Assembly (NCBI GenBank): GCA_030770535.1
Contig: JASVEC010000193.1
Span: 1 to 33,654 of the forward strand
Source: Batkoa obscura
Lineage: Eukaryota
Direction: 5' to 3'
DNA: 33,654 nucleotides
Shown: positions 1 to 11,796 of the stretch, in pieces
Layout: every line of letters begins with the position of its first letter
How positions within the stretch are numbered: the first letter of the stretch is position 1
The notes under the pieces: generated by a model
Database searches by the model: none
Told to the model about the DNA's origin: nothing
What the model saw: only the letters and a program-made list of their open reading frames with translations
Translations under genes and position numbers: made by a program

Positions 1-299
1 AGTACCTGGCTTTTTACATTTGAAATTAAATTATTAGGCACTTGTATACATCTAAATAAATTTAATATTGTCATTAAAAAGAAAATAAAGTGATTATTTT
101 AAAAACTGCTGTATAGAAAGTCAGTCTCTGTATCTACTTTAGTAAACTTTAAAATATTAATAAAGCTTTCTTAATAATTGGTGTTTGTTATTCCGATAAT
201 ATATATATTTATTATAAGGTAATACACTTACTTAATATAAACATGTCTTTTTTATGAACTATTAAAAATTAACGACATACCTACTTTTTTAGCATGTCT

Positions 300-450
300 A
301 TTAAATCCATATGATTTTAAAGTGATAGGCCCACATGCCAAAAACTATAGGATGAATCAAATTTATTTTGATAAAAATTTAGATTCTTACAATGTTAAAG
401 TTTAGTTGTGTACAAGCGTGACAAAAGCTATCACTTCGAAATATAGAAAA
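300..450 (+). promoter_or_regulatory. Conserved upstream block of lipase paralogs 1, 3 and 4
   Basis: CACATG (332-337), TATAGGATGA (346-355) and TGTACAAGCGTGA (409-421) recur in the same order upstream of paralog 3 (~15859-15947, minus strand) and paralog 4 (~18564-18644, minus strand). Confidence 0.6.
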
Positions 451-644
451 AAAATAAGCAAAAAAGTCAATTTCTTATACTTTATTTGTATTAAATCAAA
501 ATTAATATATCTATAGAACAGTACTATATGACTTAAATAACAAACAATAACTAAAAGTATAGATGAATACAGAGGAATCAAGAAATATATATAAGCCTGA
601 AAATAGTTCAATAAAAAAAACAAACTCAACAAAAGTTTTTTAAT

Positions 645-1588
645 ATTGAAATCATTCTTTAGCCTCGTAGTATCAGCTTTACTTTTGACTCAATTAAACG
701 CCCAAGAAGAAGACTACTTCAAGGTGTTTGAAGAGAACTTAGAGCTCATGACCCACCATGTTGAACCACCAAAGAATGGTACTACTAGATTCCGTGAGTC
801 CTCTTATATTGTCCCAGGAAACGTAGCTAATGGAAAGGCTTATGCTAGATTTGCTGGTGCAGCTTATTGTTCTAATAATAGCATCGCTTCTTGGGTATGT
901 ACCCACTGCAACTATGTTAATGATAAATTAGAAAAAATCCAAATATTTGGAGATGGACCAACTCAAACTAAAGGCTTTATAGTTACCAACCATAGTCGTA
1001 AAGAAATCATCATTTCTTTCCGTGGTAGTGCTAATCTACAAAATTGGTTAATTAATGCTCAAATTGGGAAGGTGCCAATGAATTTTGGTGGTAATTCTTA
1101 TAGCGTTCACCGTGGTTTCAAAACAGTAACCGACAATTTGTTTCCAACGATTACATCCTACTTAACCCCACTTATGGTTTCCTATCCTCAATATAAAATT
1201 GTTGTTACTGGGCATAGTCTAGGTGCTGCTATTGCTTCTTTAATGGCCTTAAGAATTAAATACAAGCTTAGTGTTCCTGACAATAAGTTGAACCTTTATA
1301 CTTATGGTGGACCAGAATTGGAGATCCTGATTTCGCTAGATTTGTCAATCGACATGGTTTCACCATTGGTAGATTTGTTAATGAAAATGACGTTGTACCT
1401 CACCTTCCACCTGAAATCAGTGACTATAATCATCATCAACGCGAACTTTGGGTAAATGGATACAACACTAAGCTTTGTAGCGCTAATTACTTAGATGATG
1501 AAGACTGTTCTTACCAAGAATGGTATCGCCTAGTGTCCAAGCTCATCGTAGAATGTGGGATATTTCTCTTGGTAATGGAGCTTGTTAA
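645..1588 (+). CDS. Secreted class-3 lipase paralog 1; frame-disrupted as assembled (pseudogene or sequencing errors)
   Basis: Signal peptide, FRGS, GHSLG nucleophile motif, and NDVVPHLP plus a C-terminal His in shifted frames. Versus the paralog at 14682-15624: ATG reads ATTG (645-648), an A is missing at ~1314 and a C at ~1530. Correcting these gives 945 nt, 314 aa, ending GNGAC* at 1586-1588. Confidence 0.9.
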
Positions 1589-3684
1589 AATTAATAAATG
1601 GTTAATTTTTGCTTATAATAATGATATTTCAATGTCTTTAATTGTATTTTAAAAAATATCAAAGCAAAGTTTTATAAAATAGTAAAAAAAGTATATCTAT
1701 AACTCAACAATATTAGTTTTATCTAAAAATTTTGGTCTATTCAATCTTTTAATTTCTTAATATTATGAAACAATTTAGGCTAGTAATTATTTTTAAAGAA
1801 TACAGCATTCTAATATCTTAAATTGAAACAAAAAGTTAAACTTAATAACCATCACTACTATTTTTTATTTTTTATTTTTTATTAATAAGGCTATTGAACT
1901 TGGCAATATCATCTATAAAAATAGCACTAGTAATCACTTTAAAACTAATAAATAAAGCTATCTTTTTTATAGTAATTACTATTTTTTGTAAAATTACTTT
2001 TCTATATTTTTTAGAATTTTTGCAATACAAACTTTATTAATATTATTCTATTTTCATATTATTTAGTGTTAATCTAAAATAAAAATGAATCTATACTTTC
2101 TTAGTAAATTATTAAATCTATAACACAATTAGATACATAAATCAAGTTAGTTATCTTTTTAAGCATATGGTGATGTTTTTTCTAACCAATATATTTCATT
2201 AATTTATTTACATTTATAAAGCTCAAATAGATAACTTTACAAAAATTGCAAAAAACGTAAAATATTAGTTTCTTTCTTTAAACTTCAGTTACAATCAAGA
2301 TTGTTATTTTATTGTTACTTTCTAGAATACCTTGATAATAAATTTCAATGATTTAAAGGAAAAAGAAGAATAAAGTACAATGGTAATACTTTAAAACGGC
2401 AATTCGACGTTTTTTTACTACTTTTAGTATATACGAACATTTTAAAACATGTTAATAAATGAGGTGTTTTAAAATAACTCATAATTTCGACTAAGCATAA
2501 GGGCAATGTTAAATGTAAAATACATTTATGTGAAGTTACTTTTCAAAAGATGATATTAAAAATTATAAGTTATATAAGTTAAAGATAATATATAACTATA
2601 GAACATGAGTGATAAATAAATACAATTTACTATTGAGCCTTACAATATAAAATCAAAGTTGACCAATTTATCAAAGTTTTATTTAGAGAATATGTGAAAT
2701 ATACTTATAAGTTAAAGCGAAAAGTATATATGAAATGATAATAATAAAGTATTTTTGATATTCTTGCTGTAAATTAGGGAATTTAGCTCTTTTTTATCTT
2801 TCATTTTTAAGGCGATTATTGAAAAAATATACATTCGACTAGAACTCAATCTTAGCAATGTAATAGATTTATTCATTCCATATAAATGTTTTCCTACCTT
2901 ACAAAAAATCTGCTATTACCACCACTTTGGATAACTATTAAATATTGCTATTGAAAAACATTCATTAAAGTATACTGCTTTTTTTACACAACCATAAAAC
3001 AGTCAAAATCAGTAAATATAACAATATGAACAAATCGGTTTAAAAATGATTTCGTATAATTCGAAGCTAAGTATTAAATCATTGAATTTAATCAGATATA
3101 GCCCTTTATTATGTTCATACTATTGGGAATCTTTTTTAAATTTCGATTTACTCAGTAGTCATAATCGATATAATAGAGCTAATAATTTAGAATAGCTATT
3201 TGAGTAATAAAAGCTATCAGATAAAAGAGTTGCAAAGCTTATTAATTTACTATAACAAGAAAATACAAACAATTATTTATAACTCAACAAATAGTGTTAT
3301 TTTAAAATTATTCTTAAATTTGACACCTTGTCAAATAAAATAACTCCTATGTAAACAATTGTTATTTATAAATAATTTTAATCAATTAAATTAAAAATCC
3401 CTGAATAATTTAATTAGTGGAAAAACCTTATTTTTTTTTTTTGGGAAATTGGTTTGACGTATTAAAAAATAGACTAAAGATTAATTAACAAGAATATTAA
3501 AATATTAAAGAAAGCCGATATTCTAATAATATGTTAAAAATAAAAACGAACATTCTATAATAAATATTCTATTACCAAAACAAATATCTGGATATACTAT
3601 ATACAATGTTAAATAAGACTATTGCTATATGAAAAAGTATAAATAGACAGAAATTTGACGACATTTATAAAACAATAAATTAGA

Positions 3685-5402
3685 ATGAAATACATTATCT
3701 CCTCATTAATTTTAACTTCTTCAATATTAGCTGCAACTCTAAATTTCGATTGGGAAATTAAGGAAGGTAGAATCGCTCCTGATAACTTTGCTATTGATGG
3801 TATCCTCATCAATGGAAAATTTCCTGGTCCTACTATTAACGCTACTACTGGTGATACTATCATTGTAAAAGTGCGCAATAGACTCCATAAAGATTTCTCT
3901 ATTCATTGGCATGGTATTACCAAAATGGAAGTGTAAAATCAGATGGTGTACCTTATGTTACTTCTCCACCTATTAAACCAAATGAAGATTATACTTACAC
4001 TTACAAAGTCAATGATCAATCTGGTACTTGGTGGTATCATGCTCATACTGGATTGGATGCTGAGCATGCTTATGGTGCTTTAATTGTACAGGATAAAAAA
4101 GAAATTTGGGATGATGTAGTAAAGTTTGATCCAAGATATAAATATGATGAAGAAAGATTAGTAATGTTATCTGAATTATGGCATAAACCAAGTGATGAAT
4201 TACTCAAAGGATTATTGAGTGTCCCTTTTAGATTTGTTGGTCCATCTGATAGTATTCTGACTAATGGTATGACTTATAAAGTATGGGATAATGCTGGAGC
4301 TAATAATTCTACCGTACCATTTAATAATGGATACAATGTTATTAATGTAAAGCCAAATAAAAGATATAGATTACGTCTGATTGCTGCCAATGGACTTTCG
4401 TTCCTTAGTTTCCGTATTCCAGGACACAAGTTTACTTTAATTGAAGCCGATGGTACTATTATTGAACCTGTTGAAGTTGATCATGTTGAAATGACTCCTG
4501 GACAAAGATATTCTGTTATTATGGAAACTAATCAACAAGTTGATAATTATTATGCTTATACTCAGGTTACTGGTGGTTCTGTAACCCCTAACAATGGTGT
4601 TGCTATCCTTCACTATGATGGTGCTGAAAGTGCTGATGCATTAAAAAGGATATCAACTACTCCACCAACTCCTACTGGACCATTCAATCGTTGGGTAGAA
4701 TCCCAACTATTCACATCAAAATGGTATAACAAAGGACTCAGCTCTCATTATTATCCAGTTCCTAAAAAGGCAACCAAAGAAATTATATTAAATGTAATAC
4801 CATCAACTACACCTGAAGGAAATTCAATCTATACTATTAACGATGTTGTTGCAAAGCCAAGGAATTCAACTATATGGGACAATGTTGTTGCTGGACGCCA
4901 CAAGCCTACTCCAGGCATCTATGAAATCACTGAAGGTGATGATGTTCAGATTGTATTGCAACATTATATGCCTGCTGGACGTGCTTGTGCAACACATCCA
5001 TGGCATTTACATGGTCACTCTTTCTTCGTTGTAGGACATGGATCTGATGTATATAACCCAGAAGTTGATGGAAAAGCTATTGATGCCGGAATTGCTTCCT
5101 CTAACAAAATCCCAATTTACCGTGATACTTTTACTCAATATGCAAACAATATTCAAGTTGCTGCGAGATCAGCCACTAATCAATTGTCGGATACTTTTGG
5201 TGTCAAAGTTAACAACCAAAACTCCAACGAAAATTTAGCTAATGTTAGAAACTCTCGTATAATCCAAACTGATATTCCATGTGGATGGTATGCTATTCGT
5301 TTTAAAGCTGATAACCCTGGATCTTGGTTTATGCATTGTCATATCACTGCCCACTTAACTATGGGAAAACAAGTTGTTATTAATGAATCTCCTAGAAAAT
5401 AA
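3685..5402 (+). CDS. Secreted three-domain multicopper oxidase (ascorbate oxidase/laccase-like) copy 1; one -1 frameshift at ~3921
   Basis: Signal peptide; HWHG, WYHAH, HPWHLHGH and HCHITAH copper motifs. ORFs 3685-3936 and 3906-5402 join if the T present in copy 2 (ATTACTCAAAAT vs ATTACCAAAAT) is restored. Confidence 0.92.
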
Positions 5403-6736
5403 TTTAATTTAATAAAACATTTAAAATAAGTCTAAAGTTTTTAATTAAATAACCTTAAAATTTATAAGATTCTTACCCATTAATAATATTATTTTGCTAA
5501 AAATAAGGCAAATTTTATATTCGAAATGCTTACCGCTTAAAATTAACTAATATTCAATAACCGTAATATAGCATCTTAAGCTTTTAACAACCTAGTGTAG
5601 ATATACTTTAGTATATTTGGTTTAAATCAAGGTTTATAAACCTATAATTAATTGCTTAGTATACCATCATATACGATTTGATGTGTTTTTAAATAAATCC
5701 GTATAGCAAGATAACAAGATTAGATTTTATTGCTTGAAGTCTATGTATTTTTGTACAAGATTCTGTTTGAAACTCTACAGGCGAATTATTGCCTTTTTGC
5801 TTGCAGATCTTAATGCTTAAAAATTCTATAAGATCTTCATAATTTATCCTCTGTCTCATCAGCCCGACTCTTCTGATACTTACTATTTTTTAATATTAAA
5901 TACCACTGAAATTTTAAAAGTATACTTTATTTTAATAGCTATCTTATAATTGAAAAAATAGAACTACCGACGCGTTTACACTGATGGATATAAATATTTA
6001 GGTTGTTTCCATATTTAAGTTCTGATGACTTGGCTTCTTTGTAGTTTATAAAGCTATTGGGGACCTTTTGATACTTTTGAACAGCTAAAAATGTAGCAAA
6101 AGTAGATAATTGAATGTAAGGATTAACACTAACTCTACAACAACACCTGATTATAAAATTATGGGTATATTTTTCTTGGTTTTATTGCTTTTTCCATTTT
6201 TTGAGCTATTTAAGTAGAAAGACTATCACCAAATTTTTTAAACAAAAGGACATATCCCCAATATTGTCGATAAGTTTTTTATTATTAATAATTTAAGCTA
6301 TAGGGCCTCAAATAAAAATACGATCTAAGTCATTATTATGAATAACAAAAGATGTGTATCCTTATCATTGACCAGGTAAATTTTATCTGGTTTAAAATTG
6401 TCTCACTCTATTCAAAAAATAGTAGGAATACCATGCAACTAATAATCTGTTTTTTGGCTTAAATTTTGGATAAGGTTGAAAGTTTAAACATCCTAAATAT
6501 GGCCAAATACTTCTGTTGTAATGTTACGAAATTCTTTGAATATTGTTAATTTAGTTTTTGCTAAATAAGTTTATAACACAATAGTTGAAGACTTAGCTTA
6601 TGTTATATTTTTAGCTTTAAGGATGGTTTGAGATATATTTTTAATTCACTATGGTTTGTTCCTAACCCCTAATATAAAGGTCAATAAATGTTTTTTTACG
6701 GAACTTCGGCTTTCAAGTTTTACTGCTGAGCATTAT

Positions 6737-6769
<33 letters not shown>

Positions 6770-6965
6770 GCGCTATCTATAAGGTAATTAATGGGGTTTG
6801 CCTACATCATCATTTTTAATGTTTTTAATATTAATAATAGTTATCCTTAAATTAACGCTAAAATTGAAATTGAAATTAAAAAAAACCATGTTTTCCCTTA
6901 TTTATTATAGAAATATTATTATCAGACAGCTTTAAAAAGCTAAGTTAGAGTTAACTAGTTACATA

Positions 6966-7026
6966 GTTTAAGAATTTTACTAACACTCAAATAGCGCTTA
7001 AAAAATGGTAATGAAATCAAAAAAAT
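6966..7026 (+). mobile_element. Eroded MITE remnant without termini
   Basis: GTTTAAGAATTTTACTAACA-CTCAAATAGCGCTTAAAAAATGG-TAATGAAATCAAAAAAA matches the MITE core with two internal deletions. Confidence 0.75.
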
Positions 7027-8307
7027 ATAAAGCGGTGGCAAAAAAGAGGTAGTGTAAAAGAATATAAAATTAAAATTCAACATTATAAAGATCAAAACAA
7101 ACGTCTAAAGTTAAAACTCTTCAACTTTATATTATAATGAAGTTCAGATATAATAGATAAGAATAAACCATGGCTGTTTTAAAATAGATATTTGTTAATT
7201 TATAGAAAAATCAAAAAGTATTAAACTAATCATTCTGAGATTAAAAAGATAATTACATTAATTGTCAATAGTGTTGATGTAAGAGAAGAATATATCTCAA
7301 AATTAAATAATCCCTGAAGCTAACCTTTCATGCCTATAATTAGACATTAGATAAAAAAATCGGATTAATGTTATGAAAAGCAAAAAGAGTTGAGCAGTAT
7401 TATTAATACAAAAGATAATTATAGCACATATTATTTCATAATCTTTTGAAAATGGTAGGCGTACTATTCATAAATAATTACAATACAATAGTTAAAGCGA
7501 TTCATGATAAACTTTTGAATAGCAAAAACAGCTCTAAACTTAGGAAAAACATATATTGTCTCAACCATAAAGACACATTTTAGGAAAAAACCTAATATAA
7601 GCTTTCTAAAGGGTTTCTTTTTTATTTCCGAAAGAAATGGTGGAGATAATTTACTTTTTGCTTCATTAAGAAGCCCATATTAATATCAAATAATCTTAAT
7701 AAACTATAATCAAATGTGAGCATTACAAAGTTAAGATAGTTTTTGGGCAATCAGAATTCCAAGCGCATGAAGACTATGTCAGATAATGCTACTATAAATA
7801 AAAATACTATTAAAATAAAAATAGAAATTTAACAAAAATATGATATAAAAACTTAAGAGCTAGAGGCTATTAATTAATAGAGCTAAAAATAGCTGATAAT
7901 TAATAAAGCTATTAATAACCAAGAATTGATATAAATCAAATGAAAAATACAAAAAAAATTAACTCATTAAAAATTGTTGTGCATAAATTACGATGTAAAA
8001 TGTGTCAAAATAAAGGTGAAACTTAAATTAGTTCTAAGCTGCCAAATATAGGAATTTACAAAATTAAATAATTTAAAGTTTAATCTATAAAATGTAATAA
8101 GGAAAAGTTGATAGAAATTCAAATACTAAAAGAGGTAGATTAGATAGAGCTCTAAAGATGAAAAAATTTTATGACCATAAACCGAAAAATAAAAATAAAA
8201 TTTATTAATAATATTTGAAATGGATTGCATTATTACCCACTTGAACTTAATATAAATAGTGGTCGTTTCGACCTGTAGCTAAGTAAAAAAAACATTGTAT
8301 TTATTAT

Positions 8308-10020
8308 ATGAAGTATTCGGTTAATTTAATATTTGCTAGTATTGTTACTGCTGCAACTTTAAATTTCGATTGGGAAATTAAGGAAGGTAGAATCGCTCCT
8401 GATAACTTTGCTATTGATGGTATCCTCATCAATGGAAAATTTCCTGGTCCTACTATTAACGCTACTACTGGTGATACTATCATCGTAAAAGTGCGCAATA
8501 GACTCCATAAAGATTTCTCTATTCATTGGCATGGTATTACTCAAAATGGAAGTGTAAAATCAGATGGTGTACCTTATGTTACTTCTCCACCTATTAAACC
8601 AAATGAAGATTATACTTACACTTACAAAGTCAATGATCAATCTGGTACTTGGTGGTATCATGCTCATACTGGATTGGATGCTGAGCATGCTTATGGTGCT
8701 TTAATTGTACAGGATAAAAAAGAAATTTGGGATGATGTAGTAAAGTTTGATCCAAGATATAAATATGATGAAGAAAGATTAGTAATGTTATCTGAATTAT
8801 GGCATAAACCAAGTGATGAATTACTCAAAGGATTATTGAGTGTCCCTTTTAGATTTGTTGGTCCATCTGATAGTATTCTGACTAATGGTATGACTTATAA
8901 AGTATGGGATAATGCTGGAGCTAATAATTCTACTGTACCATTTAATAATGGATACAATGTTATTAATGTAAAGCCAAATAAAAGATATAGATTACGTCTG
9001 ATTGCTGCCAATGGACTTTCGTTCCTTAGTTTCCGTATTCCAGGACACAAGTTTACTTTAATTGAAGCCGATGGTACTATTATTGAACCTGTTGAAGTTG
9101 ATCATGTTGAATTTGGGCCTGGACAAAGATATTCTGTTATTATGGAAACTAATCAACAAGTTGATAATTATTATGCTTATACTCAGGTTACTGGTGGTTC
9201 TGTAACCCCTAAAAATGGTGTTGCTATCCTTCACTATGATGGTGCTGAAAGTGCTGATGCATTAAAAAGGATATCAACTACTCCACCAACTCCTACTGGA
9301 CCATTCAATCGTTGGGTAGAATCCCAACTATTCACATCAAAATGGTATAACAAAGGACTCAGCTCTCATTATTATCCAGTTCCTAAAAAGGCAACCAAAG
9401 AAATTATGCTAAATGTAATTTCTTCGAGTAACGAAGGTCTTCCAATTTTTACCGTTAATGACGTCATTGTGAAGCCAAGGAATACAACTATATGGGATGA
9501 TGTTATTAGTGGAAGGCATAAGCCTACCCCAGGTATATACGAAATCACTGAAGGTGATGAAATTCAACTTATTGTTCAACACCTTACATCTCCTGGACGT
9601 GCTTGTGCTTCTCACCCATGGCATTTACATGGTCACTCTTTCTTCGTTGTAGGACATGGATCTGATGTATATAACCCAGAAGTTGATAGAAAAGTTATTG
9701 ATACTAATTTAAACAACCCTTCTAAAATTCCAATCTATCGTGATACTTTCATTCAATATGCAAACAACGTCCAAACTTCTGCTAAATCTGCCAATCATCA
9801 GCTTTCAGATACATTAGGAGTTAAAGTAAATAATGAGAATTCCAATGAAATTTTCCATAATTTTCGAAACTCTCGCGCTGCTTCTGAAAGCGTTCCATGC
9901 GGGTGGTATGCTATTCGCTTTAAGGCTGATAACCCAGGCTCATGGTATATGCACTGCCATATCACTGCACATTTGGTTATGGGCAAACAACTTGTTATTA
10001 ACGAATCTCCTAAAAAGTAA
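8308..10020 (+). CDS. Secreted three-domain multicopper oxidase copy 2, intact, 570 aa
   Basis: Uninterrupted ORF with signal peptide and all four copper motifs; TATAAA at 8251. Confidence 0.96.
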   Translation: MKYSVNLIFASIVTAATLNFDWEIKEGRIAPDNFAIDGILINGKFPGPTINATTGDTIIVKVRNRLHKDFSIHWHGITQNGSVKSDGVPYVTSPPIKPNEDYTYTYKVNDQSGTWWYHAHTGLDAEHAYGALIVQDKKEIWDDVVKFDPRYKYDEERLVMLSELWHKPSDELLKGLLSVPFRFVGPSDSILTNGMTYKVWDNAGANNSTVPFNNGYNVINVKPNKRYRLRLIAANGLSFLSFRIPGHKFTLIEADGTIIEPVEVDHVEFGPGQRYSVIMETNQQVDNYYAYTQVTGGSVTPKNGVAILHYDGAESADALKRISTTPPTPTGPFNRWVESQLFTSKWYNKGLSSHYYPVPKKATKEIMLNVISSSNEGLPIFTVNDVIVKPRNTTIWDDVISGRHKPTPGIYEITEGDEIQLIVQHLTSPGRACASHPWHLHGHSFFVVGHGSDVYNPEVDRKVIDTNLNNPSKIPIYRDTFIQYANNVQTSAKSANHQLSDTLGVKVNNENSNEIFHNFRNSRAASESVPCGWYAIRFKADNPGSWYMHCHITAHLVMGKQLVINESPKK

Positions 10021-10273
10021 TTTCTTAGTTTTATTTAATTATTAAATATTATTGAAGCTTTTTGAACTAAAAAATTTGCTTTTTGAAAATTATATTTGAT
10101 TAGAAAATTATCTATTAGATATACATGATTCAGTATATATATAAATTACAGCCTTTTTACTACTAAAAAACAATTAAAAATATACAAAAAATAGATAAAA
10201 TAAAAATGATCTTAACAATTTGTAAATTTATTTTTGTATTTGTGAAAATTAAATAAACATCTTTTTTGAATAT

Positions 10274-11635
10274 GGAAGGTGTTCAAATTAGTTTCATTTT
10301 TTGTTCAATTTTTAAAAAAGTTATATTTTAAAAATTTTACTTAAAATTTATAGAAATTTGTTTTTGTTAAAAAGCAACACTAAACAGTTTTAAATTATTT
10401 TATTATAGATTATATTGTAAATTAGCGGAATTTCTACTGAATTTAGTAGAAATCGCCAGATTGGCAAGGCTTTTATCAATATGATCTATATTTCAACACC
10501 AGGATTAATCAAAGCTATATTGTGTAAATAAACACATATTCGTATAAAACTTCATTAAGAAATATTTATTATTGACTGCTTTATAGGCAACATTACAGAT
10601 TTGCTATCAAATAAATAAGTTATTTTAACGTTATAGTTATATTGTCAGTGTATTATTAAGTTAATAAATAGTTGAATGAGAGAGAACTGTTAGTCCCAAA
10701 ACTATAATTAACCATCCCTATGTTATATAAACAGTATAATAATAGTTTTTATTTATTATTACAATTACTTGCTCTTTAACTATTTATTAGCTTAGCTATT
10801 AGTAACTTAAATAATACTGACCCTTAATAATTGATTTCTATCATTTAATAAGCTACTTGCTTGCTTAGTAAATGTTGAAACTCTTAAACTTTCTGCTATT
10901 TTTGTAAGATAACTTAGGATTAGTTTTTTAGTTTTTTAGTTATAAACTTTACAACTTTAACTATAATTATATCGCTTTTTTTAATCTATTAAATACTGGA
11001 CAACGACGTAGTTTATTATTTTATTTAATAAAATACAAATACTTTCTAATAGCTTATATTCTACTATTTTTTTGTATTTTTGTTTCTTTTATACTTTTTA
11101 AAAATTACATCTGCTTTCCGATTATTATTAATTAAATTATTAATTCTATTATTTTCGCAAATAAGAATCTCAAATTTTAAAATTAATTCATTTATGTTTT
11201 TTCCATGATACTTGGCAAAAAAAATCAAAGTTGATATTTAAACTACTATTTTATAAATCTCTTTAAATGCATAATATAAAAACTTTTAAAATTTATAATA
11301 ATCTCTTACATCTATATATATATCAACTTTGTGAAATATCGTCTCGTCAACTCTATTATTGATTATAACATAATAACTATTTAAGTTGTTGTGTTCTCGA
11401 GTTCAGAGACAATCAATCTCAGGCTTTATTTTTTATTATTGTATTTATTTTTCTTTGAATTTTTTTAAACTATATATTGGGCACATATATTCTATAAATA
11501 TGTTTTTTTACTATATTTTTGAAATCATCTAGTGTATGTGAGTATCTTTTTTGACTTCATTATTATTTCCATTTTTTAAGTGCATTTAAGTGGGAAATTT
11601 GTTAGTAAAATTCTTAAATACAAAAATACACCTCC
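10274..11635 (-). mobile_element. Degenerate Sola-like copy, with a MITE unit at its right end (11538-11635)
   Basis: Colinear with 27693-28666 from ATAT-GGAAGGTGTTCAAATTAGTTTCATT to AAACTACTATT (~11250), including a decayed FFAKYHGK; many stop codons. Confidence 0.82.
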
Positions 11636-11700
11636 ATGTATTTAAAAAGTATTAATCTAGATATTTTTTATTTTTCAAATTATCAAAATATTTATTATAT

Positions 11701-11796
11701 GGGGATGTGTTTTTTTGTAAGAATTTTACTAATAATCTTTCCGCTCAAATAGTGCTTAAAGGATGGAAAAGGTAACGAAGCCAAAAAAACATTCCC
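11701..11796 (+). mobile_element. MITE (96 bp), ATAT target-site duplication
   Basis: GGGGATGT...ACATTCCC flanked by ATAT on both sides; core AAGAATTTTACTAA...AATAGTGCTTAAA. Confidence 0.9.

Noticed and set aside
402..632. Hydrophobic 76-aa ORF (similarly 21839-22069, 22842-23081 and 26423-26674)
   Set aside because: F/L/I/Y-rich products expected from AT-rich DNA, with non-ATG starts, several overlapping promoters of real genes.
5600..6733. Slightly GC-richer stretch that may be a decayed minus-strand gene starting at ATG 6733
   Set aside because: Many stops and no recognisable motif; needs BLASTX.
8261..8273. GGTCG-TTT-CGACC hairpin after the oxidase 2 TATA box; also an AT palindrome at 12061-12081
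   Set aside because: Short, not shared with paralogous promoters, and plausible by chance.
3609..10045. Short antisense or alternative-frame ORFs within the oxidases, some duplicated
   Set aside because: Shadows of the real CDS; the duplication only reflects DNA identity between the two genes.
10429..10453. AATTTCTACT...AGTAGAAAT hairpin resembling a Cas12a direct repeat (related text at ~27855)
   Set aside because: Single copy within each transposon copy, no spacer array or cas gene, and the hairpin is not preserved in the other copies.
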